From Felis catus (lineage: Eukaryota), in contig NC_058373.1 of assembly GCF_018350175.1 (NCBI RefSeq), positions 105,464,001 through 105,528,000 of the forward strand: a DNA stretch of 64,000 nt, read 5' to 3'. Under the pieces are notes generated by a model. The model ran no database searches. It saw only the letters and a program-made list of their open reading frames with translations, and was not told the origin of the DNA. The translations under genes were made by a program, and so were the position numbers. Each line of letters opens with the position of its first letter. Position 1 is the stretch's first letter. Shown here in pieces: positions 24,990 to 35,844 of this stretch.

Positions 24990-25664
24990 TTGTGTTTTGA
25001 ATTTTCACTCAAGGACATCTTTGTACGGAAGAACAGCATGGCTTGGTTTTGTGCCCAGGTGACTGGAATGAGTGGGAGGCAGGTGGCCAAAAAGGAGACT
25101 GTGGGGTTGTGTTGAGGTGTCAGTACACACACAGGGGAAGTGCTGCCTCTCAACAACAGATCCTTTTTGGGGCCCTGGTGACTGCGTGAGTCTACTGTTA
25201 ATCATATCCACACAAATGGATGGTAACTAAATCACAGTCCTCCCTCCCCCCCCCCCCCCCCGCCTATATACGTCATGCCAATGGGACAGTTGCCAGCATG
25301 GGGTGAGTTAGGGACATGGCTACTTCTTCAGGAAACTTCGTGACAGTAGAGAGTGAGGGATGGTGGTCAGCATTAGAGCAGGGTGGAGAGAGGCATTCTG
25401 GTTCTTTTCGGCCTCCCCTCAGCCAATGTCAATGAAGTATCCCAAGGCAGGATGGGGAAGGAGGAGGCTCTGACAACACACGAAACAGAGGGCCATTAGT
25501 CCTTGCTAAAGTGCTGAGTCCTTGCTAAAGTCCTGTGCTAAAGTGCTGAGTAAGGTACCTAACTTTTCTGAATCTCTCCCTTTTGTCTGCAAAATATGTC
25601 ATACCTCTCCAGGATGTCATGAGGTGAATTAATATCAGTTCTGAGAGATTTTAGCCTTAAACCA

Positions 25665-25810
25665 AGTTGGGAACTTAGAAAGCTTGTAGAGTCAAACCCC
25701 TTCCTTTTGCAGACAAGAACTGAGGCTGGGGCAGTCAAGCAGCTTGCTTTAGGGACATAGTTACTTCGTAACCGATCTGGGAGTAGAGCAAGGTCTCCTG
25801 AGTCCCAAGC
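25665..25810 (-). mobile_element. MIR
   Basis: Antisense core TTTTGCAGACAAGAACTGAGGCT...GGTCTCCTGAGTCCCA. Confidence 0.65.
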
Positions 25811-25949
25811 GGGGGCTTAAAACATTGGGAAGCCTATTCTACTGTCTTCTGTGTTAAACTCTTGAGATAAAGTAACTTGCACTTTGAATATCTGGATCGG
25901 TGACTTTTTTGACCTTCAGAACTAAGGAAAGGATGCTTAGTGGTGTTTT

Positions 25950-26166
25950 TTTTTTTTTAATTTTTTTAACGTTTATTTATTTTTGAGACAGAGACAGAGC
26001 ATGAACAGGGGACGGGCAGAGAGAGAGGGAGACACAGAATCGGAAACAGGCTCCAGGCTCTGAGCTGTCACCACGGAGCCCGACGTGGGGCTCGAACTCA
26101 TGGACCGTGAGATCATGACCTGAGCTGAAGTCGGACGCTTAACCGACCAAGCCACCCAGGCGCCCC
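25950..26166 (-). mobile_element. Young CAN-SINE
   Basis: 14-bp TSD CTTAGTGGTGTTTT at 25936-25949 and 26167-26180. Confidence 0.97.
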
Positions 26167-26324
26167 CTTAGTGGTGTTTTAACAGCTGGTAATTCTGAGC
26201 CTGACTTTCCATTTGGCTGGAAGAGAAAACCTTTACATTTACCGTGCCTTTTAACTTTGGGCTTTCCTCATTTTTATTAGCCTGGAACTTTCAGTAAAGT
26301 CAGCACACTTTACTGTAGTGGATA

Positions 26325-27050
26325 TTGATTGGTGTCGTGGGAAGAATGTGGATAAGCTTTAGAGTCACACAGAACTCCAAATGGCTCAAATCCTGCCCCT
26401 GCCACTTACTTGCACTGTAACTCTGGGCAAGTTGTTTAACTGTTCTGAGTCACAGTTTTCTTTAAAGCAGTGTATTCTCCAGAGAAACAGATCCTACCGG
26501 ATCTCTCTCTGTATGTGGAGACTTATTGTAAGGAATTGGCCCGCAAGGCCATGGCAGCTGACAAGCCCTCCAACTTGCTGTCTGCAAGCTGGAGACACAG
26601 GAGAGTCAGTGGTGTAATTCAGTCTGACTACGGAGGCCTGAGAACCAGGGATACTGATGGTGTGAATCTCAGGCTGAGGACAGAAGAAGATGAGATGTCC
26701 CCGTTTAATCAGTGAAGGAGGAAAAAAAAGGGTAAATTCCTTCTTGCCCTCCTTTTATTCTTTCCTGGTCCCCAGCAGATTAGACGATGCCCACCCACAT
26801 TACGGAAGGCCATCTACTTTACTGAGTAAATTCAAATGCTAATCTCATCCCTCACAGGCCCACCCAGAAATAGTGTTTAATCTAGGCGCCCTGTGGCTAG
26901 ATTAAATTAACACACCAAATTACCCATGACAAATAGGTTCGACCTACCTATCTTACAGGGCTGTTTGGTAATTACTAGAAATAATATTTAAAGTGCTTAG
27001 AAGATGATCTGGAATATAGTAGGAGCTCAATAAATGTCAGCTATCACTAT
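26325..27050 (+). mobile_element. MIR split by an MLT2 LTR
   Basis: 5' half (TCAAATCCTGCCCCTGCCACTTACT...GGGCAAGTTGTTTAAC) runs to 26470; 3' half (ACCTATCTTACAGGGCTGT...AAAGTGCTTAGAA...CTCAATAAATG) resumes at 26932. Confidence 0.8.
26471..26931 (-). mobile_element. MLT2 (ERVL) solo LTR, MLT2B-like
   Basis: TG...CA termini; TTCTCCAGAGAAACAG, AAGGAATTGGC, GCAAGCTGGAGAC, GATGCCCACCCACATT and AATTCAAATGCTAATCTC are antisense MLT2 motifs. Confidence 0.88.
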
Positions 27051-27065
27051 CAACAAGTGCTCATT

Positions 27066-27289
27066 GGGGCGCCTGGGTGGCTCGGTCGGTTAAGCGCCCG
27101 ACTTTGGCTCAGGTCATGATCTCGCGGTCCGTGAGTTCGAGCCCCGCGTCGGGCTCTGTGGTGACAGCTCAGAGCCTGGAGCCTGTTTCCGATTCTGTGA
27201 CTCCCTCTCTCTGCCCCTCCCCCGTTCATGCTCTGTCTCTCTCTGTCTCAAAAATAAAAAAACGTTAAAAAAAAAAAAAAAACCAAAAG
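27066..27289 (+). mobile_element. Young CAN-SINE
   Basis: TSD CAAGTGCTCATT at 27054-27065 and 27290-27301; long A tail. Confidence 0.97.
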
Positions 27290-27484
27290 CAAGTGCTCAT
27301 TGAGTACCTAACTGCAAGAAGTAGGATGGAGTTCAGCCCTCACAGTATATATAATATATAAAATATTTGCCAATTGTCTTTACTGATCTGTCACAGATCT
27401 GTCTTTAGTGATCTGTTTACATTACAGCTAGCAAAACCAGTAACTAGTAGCCTCTCATCCAGCTCCATCTGAAAATTGAGGGTG

Positions 27485-27700
27485 AGGGACGCCTGAGTGA
27501 TTCGGTTGGTTAAGCGTCCGACTTCAGCTCAGGTCACGATCTCGCGGTCCAGTTCGAGCCCCGCGTCGGGCTCTGGGCTGATGGCTCGGAGCCTGGAACC
27601 TGCTTCAAATTCTGTGTCTCCATCTCTCTCTGCCCCTCCGCATTTGTGCTCTCTCTCTGAAAAATAAACACTAAAAAATTTCAAACAAAATAAAAAAATA
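27485..27700 (+). mobile_element. CAN-SINE
   Basis: TSD core AAAATTGAGG at 27472 and 27701. Confidence 0.95.
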
Positions 27701-27732
27701 AAAATTGAGGATAAACCTCTGACTATAGGTAA

Positions 27733-27974
27733 TTTTTTTTATTTATTTTTATTTTTTTAAAAAAAATTTTTTAATGTTTATTTATTTTTGAGACAGAGAG
27801 AGACAGAGCATGAACGGGGGAGGGGCAGAGAGAGAGGGAGACACAGAATCGGAAGCAGGCTCCAGGCTCTGAGCCATTAGCCCGAGCCTGACGCGGGGCT
27901 CGAACTCACGAACCGTGAGATCGTGACCTGAGCTGAAGTCGGACGCTCAACCGACTGCGCCACCCAGGCGCGCC
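27733..27974 (-). mobile_element. Young CAN-SINE
   Basis: Long T tail and CpG-intact body ending CACCCAGGCGCGCC. Confidence 0.96.
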
Positions 27975-28806
27975 TGATTTTTTAAATACTCAAAAACACA
28001 TCCTATGGTGCCTCAGCCACCCGTCTTTTCCGGTAGTTCATCTAGGTAGTCGTGCTTGCCTTCTTCCTTTTGGCTCCCATGCTAGCTTGGGTGGCTGCTT
28101 TTGCATCAGGTTCATCAACTGGACTTGAGCTACAACACTTTTCCAGGGAGAACAAGGGGAGAGGGATGCTCTTTTCCTGGGTCATTTATTGTTTCATTGC
28201 CTTTCTAGATAGACATTCCCCTTGCATTTAAACTTCAGTTTCTAGTTTCCATGGGGAGTTTCCTGTTTGGGCCTGATGTGGGTAGGCTGGCAATTCTAGG
28301 AGAGAGAGTAAAGCTGCAGAAGCAGCTGCTTTGACAAAGAAAAAGGGCAGAGGTGATCGACTTGCCTGCTTTTATTTATTTATTTATTTATTTTTTTAAA
28401 GAAAGGACAATTCACTTTTACTATTTTGCATAAAGTGGGTAGTTTGGGCTTCATCCATATTGATAAGTGGTAAAGGGGCTATTCATGCAGGACAACTGAG
28501 AAATGACTTTTTGTGACTGAAATAGGAAGAGACATGCTAATGTGATATTGAGCAGAATGTGGATCCCCGTTTTGTCCTCTGATTGGTCTCTCTGTCCAGA
28601 GAGACACAGAAATACAGCTCTAGGAAACTGATGAATGGCAGCATTAGTATTCAGTGGAAAACCCCGATCTGTTGGACATGGAATAATGGTGTGAAAAGGG
28701 ACATAGAATACATAATTAGAATGTAATCTCATATTAGCAGCTATGGACTGGTTTCCTGTACAGTGGGTTTAGGGATGCTTCTTATTACCATCAACACACA
28801 ATTGAA

Positions 28807-28808
<2 letters not shown>

Positions 28809-28854
<46 letters not shown>
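28809..28854. repeat. (AC)n microsatellite, about 23 units
   Basis: Read directly from the sequence. Confidence 0.98.
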
Positions 28855-28856
<2 letters not shown>

Positions 28857-31800
28857 CAGATGCAGGGTCATAGCTGGTATGCCATTGAGTATTTTCCGGA
28901 AAGGAAATAAAGGATTTGCAAGGGGCAGAAATAAGTAAGCCATATTTCCCCTTGTCTGTATCATGCCAGACAGGGAGACTATATATTTGTAAAATGATTC
29001 TTTCCCTATATATTTCTTAATGTCTTCATGTGCACAGACAAAATACCCCTCTGAGGTGAGTAAAGGCCCTACTGACTCTGGGGTGTTAATGTATCAGAGA
29101 ATAATCTCATATGTTTTGAAGACCAGCAGACCCAACTTGGGGCTATCTTACCCATCATCAAAAGCTTGATTCTAACAGAAAGTTGAGACATAGACATTTA
29201 AATTTCAGAAGCAAATTCCATTTAATATCCTAACGTGACATTTAGGACTTAAGGAAGTATATGGAATTGTTTCTGGGAGACATGAAACAAAAGAATGACA
29301 CCCTGATAGTCTCCACACTCAGAGTAGGGCAAAGGCAGTGGATGTCAGGGTTTTGTTTTATTTGTACCAAAGTGTCAGGCACTCAGCATGCTTGAGAACA
29401 CAGACTGAGTTATGACTAGCATCCAGTGTGATTGATTTATGTGTAAATGGAGCCATACAAACTGTTGGTAAGCATGAGTCAATTCAGCAAGGATAAAAAA
29501 AAAAAAAAAAAGAAGTCAGCTCTCAGACATCTTGTCTCACAAAATAGAATTTGTGCTGCAGTTTTTTATTTTTTTTATTTTTTTAATTTTGGCTATTATA
29601 TTGATGGTACCAGGCTGATGTATTTCTGGAAAACTCGTCGATCCATTACTCAAGCAGGCTCCTGCTAGCCTTGATTAATTTGTTCTTTCCCAGCCACATT
29701 CCACTGTTGCTTGCTTATAAAGCTTTTGGAAAGCCTGCTTGGTGGGTGGCGAATAATCAGAACTCCGAACCATCAATCTTTTCCTTGCAGAAGGCAGAAG
29801 ATACCCTCAGATAATCTTCTCTTCAACTTCTAGATTTTAAGGCAGATAAACCTGAGGACAGCTCTTACCGGTATTGTCTGGGGCTGATTTGGGCACCCTC
29901 GAGGAGTTGGGGGTGGGAAATATGACATCGCACACCTGAGTAGAACTTGTTTCTCAGGAAGAGGCCATAGAAACGCAGAATGCCATTGATGAGTCTGTAG
30001 CTTAGCAATCTCTCATGTCCAAAAGGGAAGCTAGTGTGGTTCTCTTCTTGGCAAGAAGTAATGGTTTATGTCATGGCAGAACAAATAAAAATGGCCCTCA
30101 GTGCAAAATCTAATATCCCCCTGCTAACAATAACCAGAATGCCTCCCTGCCCTTTTCTCTTTCGAGCAGGGGAAGTGGTTTTGGTCAAGCAAAGATGAGG
30201 TTCTTGTTTGGTGGATAAGCTGGGTGTCCTTTGGTGAGGAGGGAGGGTTTTGTGGGATAAGGAGAGACTGTAGGGAACCCTAGAGAAGGGGAAGGAATGC
30301 TAAGATGGAGAGGACAGAGCTGATGGGAAGGTCTGCCCTTCTCATCCCATCCCCAGAGAGGGTGAACAGACCCCGGGATGATCACACGCCTTATCCAAAG
30401 GCACCAGAGTCCATGTTAAGACTTACCACGCTGGCATAATTGTGCCATTGCTTTACCCCTTTGTGCCCAGGGCACTACTACCTTGGTGTGGCCTCACCAT
30501 TGGGTTTATGCAAGACTGAAGCAAAGTTAAGACAACTCACCCTGGCAGTGTTGAATCTAATAGTTTCTGAGACTGCTTCTGTCCTGGTAAAATCCCCTGT
30601 TTGGAATTTGTCAGGGATCTTGTTGAATCTCTCTCTTTGTCTCTGTCTCTGTCTCTGTCTTTGTCTCTCTTTTCTTCTCTTTGAGTTAAGTCACACAATC
30701 CAGAGGAGTAACTTGTATAGTTACTCATCTCCTCTCCTGGAAGAGGAATAGTGGGAAATATCGGAGGTGTCTCAGACTTACCTGGGTATTTATAACAAGA
30801 TACCAATCCAAGATAAAGGACCACTGTATCTATAAATGGATTCCTTAGAAGAGCTCTCAGGAAGATTGGTAAGAATGTAGTCTGATTTGCTGCATTTGAC
30901 TTCCTCAGGGAAGCGGCTTGCATAATAAATGACAAGGACTTAATGTAGTTCACACTGAGGTTACTGTGTCATCTGAGTTTGCAAATAGAATTCTAGGAGG
31001 TAGTTACGCTGCATTATAATGGCTTTTGTCCAAGAATTTCATAGCCCCAGCAGCTCATTATGCTGATAGCATGTTGATGAGCAGGTAGCACATAAGAATG
31101 TCCTTGTTTTGCAGATGAACTGAAAGCAGAGAAAGATGCTTTTAGGGCTAGGCAACGTGGGTTTGTGCCCATTTCTTATTAATCACAGATTCCGGAAAGC
31201 TCACTTTTCCGACAGGGCTTCTTTGCTCCAAAATAGCAAGTATGCCGCTGGTAATATGGATTGCTAATGGTGCTTGTGTTATTCACATGGGGATTAACTG
31301 AGAAGATCTCAGGTTTCTGAACAGAAAGTTGGCTCCTAAATGGCAGAGACTAATTATATTCAGCATAGAAGGGGAAAGAGTGCAAGAATTTCTATTTTTG
31401 GCAGTAAACTGGTACAAGAAATAGAGTCAATTCAATTGGTCATTTTTCACACAGCAGACAACAGACTAAACACTTCTAAATCAGGCAATTATTTTAGTAA
31501 TTGGTAACTTAGGTTTTCCTTGAGTGATTTGAAAATAGTTAATAAAACAGAACTATTTCTTCCTAACCGGTTTCCTTCATTCACCGGTAGGGGTGTTCAT
31601 GAATTTACTGACCTCTGGAATGCGGGTGAGCAGAGGGGAGGCCCTGATGAGCAGTTCTGGATGACTTGGGCAGTGGGCAAACCTTTCTCCGAGGAGGAAC
31701 GTCACAGCCACCACATCGCTCCCTTCTGGCTTAGCTCACTCTGCTCTTACTCTGCTAGGTTTTGCCAACCAGGCCAACCATAAACAGACCTCCCTGGATC

Positions 31801-32249
31801 TTGGGTAGCCACAGTGGCTCAGAGGGGACCTACAGAAGCTAATTTTATTTGCTGCAAGAAGCAAGAAGACCGGGGTTTATTGAGCAATAATTGAGTTCTA
31901 TTAAACTTGCTTCAGCATTGCCCAAGACCAGCAAAATAAACATAGTAATGATGGAGAGTGACCAATTTTCCACTTTGCCGTGCTGGAGGCTGACAAAATT
32001 GTCATTTACAAAATTGCCGCTGAATAAGAGATCCTGACTCTGGGGACTTCCTCCCCCTCTATGTGAAATATTATCCTGAATGGTAGCTTGATTTTATTAT
32101 GAAGAATGAATTCTGAGCATGCCAGGGAGAGGAGCAGTGGGGAAGCCACCTACAGTGGTTTTTAACCTTCTCTCCTACTGCTACGAAGATGTTCTTGTTA
32201 GATTTATATTCAGCACAAAGGCGCAGTGGATATTTGTGGGGTTATCACT

Positions 32250-32800
32250 TGCTTATTTATTTTATATATTGCCATCATTTGTGTATGCATGACCCTTTTA
32301 AAAATTAACTGATGCCATGAACTCCTGTGAAACCTTCACCCATGGCAGAACGAGAACATGACCAACCACTTGTACCAACCAACGATTTCTCCTTATTCTG
32401 TCTTCTTCCCCCATTCCCAGAGGCATTTCTTACTTGATTTTTCTTTTGGTTTATGGCAATGTACTATTTAGTTTTACTTACTTTAAAACTTTATACAAAG
32501 AATATCATATTACATGAAGTCTTTTGGAACTTGCTTTCTTCACACATTATATACTAAAATTTTTCTCTCTTGTTATAGTTAATTTTCTCTGCTATATAAT
32601 ATTTCACTACATCAACACCTTACCATTTATTTCTCCTACTGTTGACGGTATTTGGTTATTTCCGGTTTTTTAATATTACACTATTCAAGGCTAAGAGTAA
32701 TACTTCACTACTAACAGCAAGCGTTTCCCTTGAGTATATATCTAGGAATGGAATGCAGGGCATAAAAACGGTCAGCTTTAAAAGATAATGCCCATTGGTT
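32250..32800 (-). mobile_element. Ancient L1ME-type 3' remnant
   Basis: T-rich sequence with AAACTTTATACAAAGAATATCAT, TTTGGTTATTTCC and GAGTATATATCTAGGAATGGAAT. Confidence 0.6.
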
Positions 32801-32819
32801 TTCTAGGAGTTGTATTTTT

Positions 32820-33041
32820 TTTTTTTAATTTTTTTTTCAACGTTTTATTTGTTTTTGGGACAGAGAGAGACAGAGCATGAACGGCGGAGGGGCAGAGAGA
32901 GAGGGAGACACAGAATCGGAAACAGGCTCCAGGCTCTGAGCCATCAGCCCAGAGCCTGACGCGGGGCTCGAACTCACGGACTGCGAGATCGTGACCTGGC
33001 TGAAGTCGGACGCTTAACCAACTGCGCCACCCAGGCGCCCC
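32820..33041 (-). mobile_element. Young CAN-SINE (SINEC_Fc)
   Basis: 16-bp TSD TAGGAGTTGTATTTTT at 32804-32819 and 33042-33057. Confidence 0.97.
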
Positions 33042-34549
33042 TAGGAGTTGTATTTTTAAGAACAAGTCTAGTTTAATTTTCGCAGGGCATGAAGCAGATC
33101 TGTTCTTTCTGAGATCTCATGAGAATTGTGAATAATCTTGAGGGTGAGTGCTCAGGGGGTTAAGGTGGTGGGCAAATGCAGCAATATGGAAAAGTTGGCA
33201 ACGTGTTCAAAGAGGTCTTGTCAGACAGATGTTTTCAGAGCTTAAATGAGTCAGAGAGTTGTTTACCTTTGGACCAAAGCCCATGTCTTCTGGAGCTGGT
33301 GAGGAGTGATTTAGATGGAGAGGGATCAGTAGAGTATCTGCCACAGCAGTGCCAACAAAACGAGGGTTGGAATTGTGATAGGGGTGGAGTCAGCAGTAAG
33401 GACATCTGCAAACTTGATCACAACTGGCTCCTCTTACCACATAAACTTTCTACTTCCAACTCATAGGGCCACTCACAAATTTATTATTTGATCTCACCAA
33501 AACTCTAGAGACCCTCCATGCTGCTGTTTTCACAGAATAACATGCCATGGACAGAATAACATGGGGGAAAATTGCAGATTTGTCTTCTTTTGTGTTTGTG
33601 GAATGGTTGAAAATGTTTGAGTTAGGAAGGAAAATATATCATTCTATCACAACCTCCTTTTTAATAGGTGGGGGCTATTTCCCCCTCCTTGATAGTTATC
33701 TTTTCATCTCCTGGGGCTCCCTATGGAAACACCAATCTGGTGGGCACTTTTCATCTTTTTTTCAAATTTCTGTGGCCCACTGGCCAATGGTCTGTATATT
33801 TTCCTTCAAACCAAAGAAACAGATTTCTTACTTTTCACTATGTTTATTCTTATACAATAGACATCTTTCAGTGGCTCATGGAAATTTGAAATAAAGACAT
33901 GTCATTGGATTTCTGTTGAGACCTGGAGCTGCTGGGCTGGAATGAAGTTTGAATTAATAGGGGACATGGGATTGCTGGCTTTGACTCTTCCCAAGGATCC
34001 TTAAGATCTGAGACAGCTCACTCATTCGTTTTGAGGGTTAGGGTTAAATATAGTCCTACTTGGAGACAAAGGAACTAAAATGTGACTGCTGATTTTTCCA
34101 GCTATAAGAGTCTCTGCATGATCTGCTCTGTTAACCTCCCTTCTCTGTCTCTTCTTCTTATCCTGCATCCTTGCCTTCATTTCTTCTAGTAGCTTTGCAG
34201 AAGCCAGAAGAAAACAATTAGCTAAGAAGTCATCAATTTGGACAGTATTCTGTTCACATTTCTTTGGAACTTATTCTGCGGTACATGTGAGCCAACTCAG
34301 ATCACAAAGGAAATAGAATAGTGAGCTTCAACACTGTAATAAATGATGGAGCTTCTACCCATTGTGAGCATTTAGGATGGGAGTGAGATTAAAAGCTGTG
34401 TGTGTGACTTAGTAAACGGAATAAGGTAGACGACTAATTTTCTCTGTGCTTTAGGGCAATAGTATCACTCAACAAATAGCCACCACAGTGCCAACCTCCC
34501 TTTCTTCATTCCAGTCGCATCATCTTACAGGCACAGTCCAATTAAACCA

Positions 34550-34690
34550 TTACAGAAGTCTTATAAGGAAAATATAATCATTGTGGCCATTTTTCAGATA
34601 AGGAAACTAAGACCTAGAAAAGTTAAGTACCTGGCCCAAAGTTATATATTTAGATAGATGAGGGGCTAACTTTAACTGAACGCCTGACTT
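34550..34690 (-). mobile_element. MIR
   Basis: CCATTTTTCAGATAAGGAAACTAAGACCTAGAAAAGTTAAGTACCTGGCCCAAAGTTA. Confidence 0.75.
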
Positions 34691-35480
34691 GGCAAACGTC
34701 CTCTGAGCAGCTTGCTGCTGTTTGAAAGAATAGGAGCCTGGAACTAGCTGATGAAGAAGGAAACGTCATGGTTACCTTTGAGTTACTAAAGGTCGGACAC
34801 ATGAGCTACAGCTTTTGTCACTGGGTGCTAAGACCCACGCTGATCTCAAGACTAACTCAAGCCACAATGACCTGCTTCAGTGTGTTTCTTAATTCAAATT
34901 GGGAATACTTTGTTTCACTCCATAAAACAAGTCATTTAAATTATGAGCATAGTTGTTCTATGTCTCTTTCATGCAAAACACATACTGTATTTTGAGGGAA
35001 GAAAAATTGGCCTCTTCTAAGTTAAATCTATGAAATGATGTGATATTTTAATGAAAACCTCAGTAAACACACAATTATTGTGAATCCAGTGTTTATTCCA
35101 GACTCAGAGTATGGCCCATACTCATTGGGGTTTTATTAATACTTCCAGTCAAGTGCTGTGAATCAAGGAGTATTCCTGGCAAGGTCTAGGCTAAGTTACA
35201 GTTACAGGCAATGGTAGGAAACATCGTCCCAAGCAAAAGGCAAGAGCAAAAAAGTGTTGCTGATAGATTTGGCAGGCAGTGGCAGGGAACTTTTAGAAAC
35301 TTTGCTGAATGGGTTCCAGGTTGCCCCAAGAGTCTTGGAAGCTAAGAAAACTGAAAGAAGGCCCCTCCTCCCATTAGTCCACTATGTGACTTCTGAGGAT
35401 AGATCATCACATGTTTTATGAAAGGGTCCATACCCATGTTACTAGTTCCTATTTTTCTAGTAAATGTTACTGTTTTAAGC

Positions 35481-35518
35481 ACCCAGCTAGCTCAGTCAGT
35501 AGAGCATGAGACTCTTAA
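35481..35518 (+). pseudogene. Tailless retropseudogene of the 5' half of tRNA-Lys(CTT)
   Basis: ACCCAGCTAGCTCAGTCAGTAGAGCATGAGACTCTTAA versus tRNA-Lys-CTT 5' half GCCCGGCTAGCTCAGTCGGTAGAGCATGAGACTCTTAA: three G>A differences, two at CpG. It stops at the end of the anticodon loop and is flanked by direct repeat TAAATGTTACTG (35461-35472, 35516-35527). Confidence 0.88.
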
Positions 35519-35844
35519 ATGTTACTGCTTAACAGATTAACCTTCCTGGTGCTGATTTAACCAATAAAAATAAATGTAATGGGATCTTAAATTATTAAGG
35601 TAAAAGAAACAGAAGATAGAAATTCTTACAATAAAATGTGACCACATATAAAAGTGAGGAGGCATTAAGCTCTATATTTTAATTACAAATTAAAAAAATC
35701 TCAACCTTGCAATTTTTTTTGAAGGCAGTTGTTTCTCAGTTCCTAATACTTCTTATATCCTACACCTCTTTAATCTCTGTCTTCACTTGTCCTTCACAGA
35801 AGCAATATTTAATTCACAAACATACTTTATTCTAAAATATTCTT

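Noticed and set aside
30537..30953. 138-aa minus ORF with a CAG|GTAAGT donor near 30781
   Set aside because: Includes a (CTCTGT)n simple repeat, resembles no protein I know, and no acceptor was evident.
35481..35560. Functional tRNA-Lys gene
   Set aside because: Only the 5' 38 nt are present; no T arm, B box or 3' acceptor strand.
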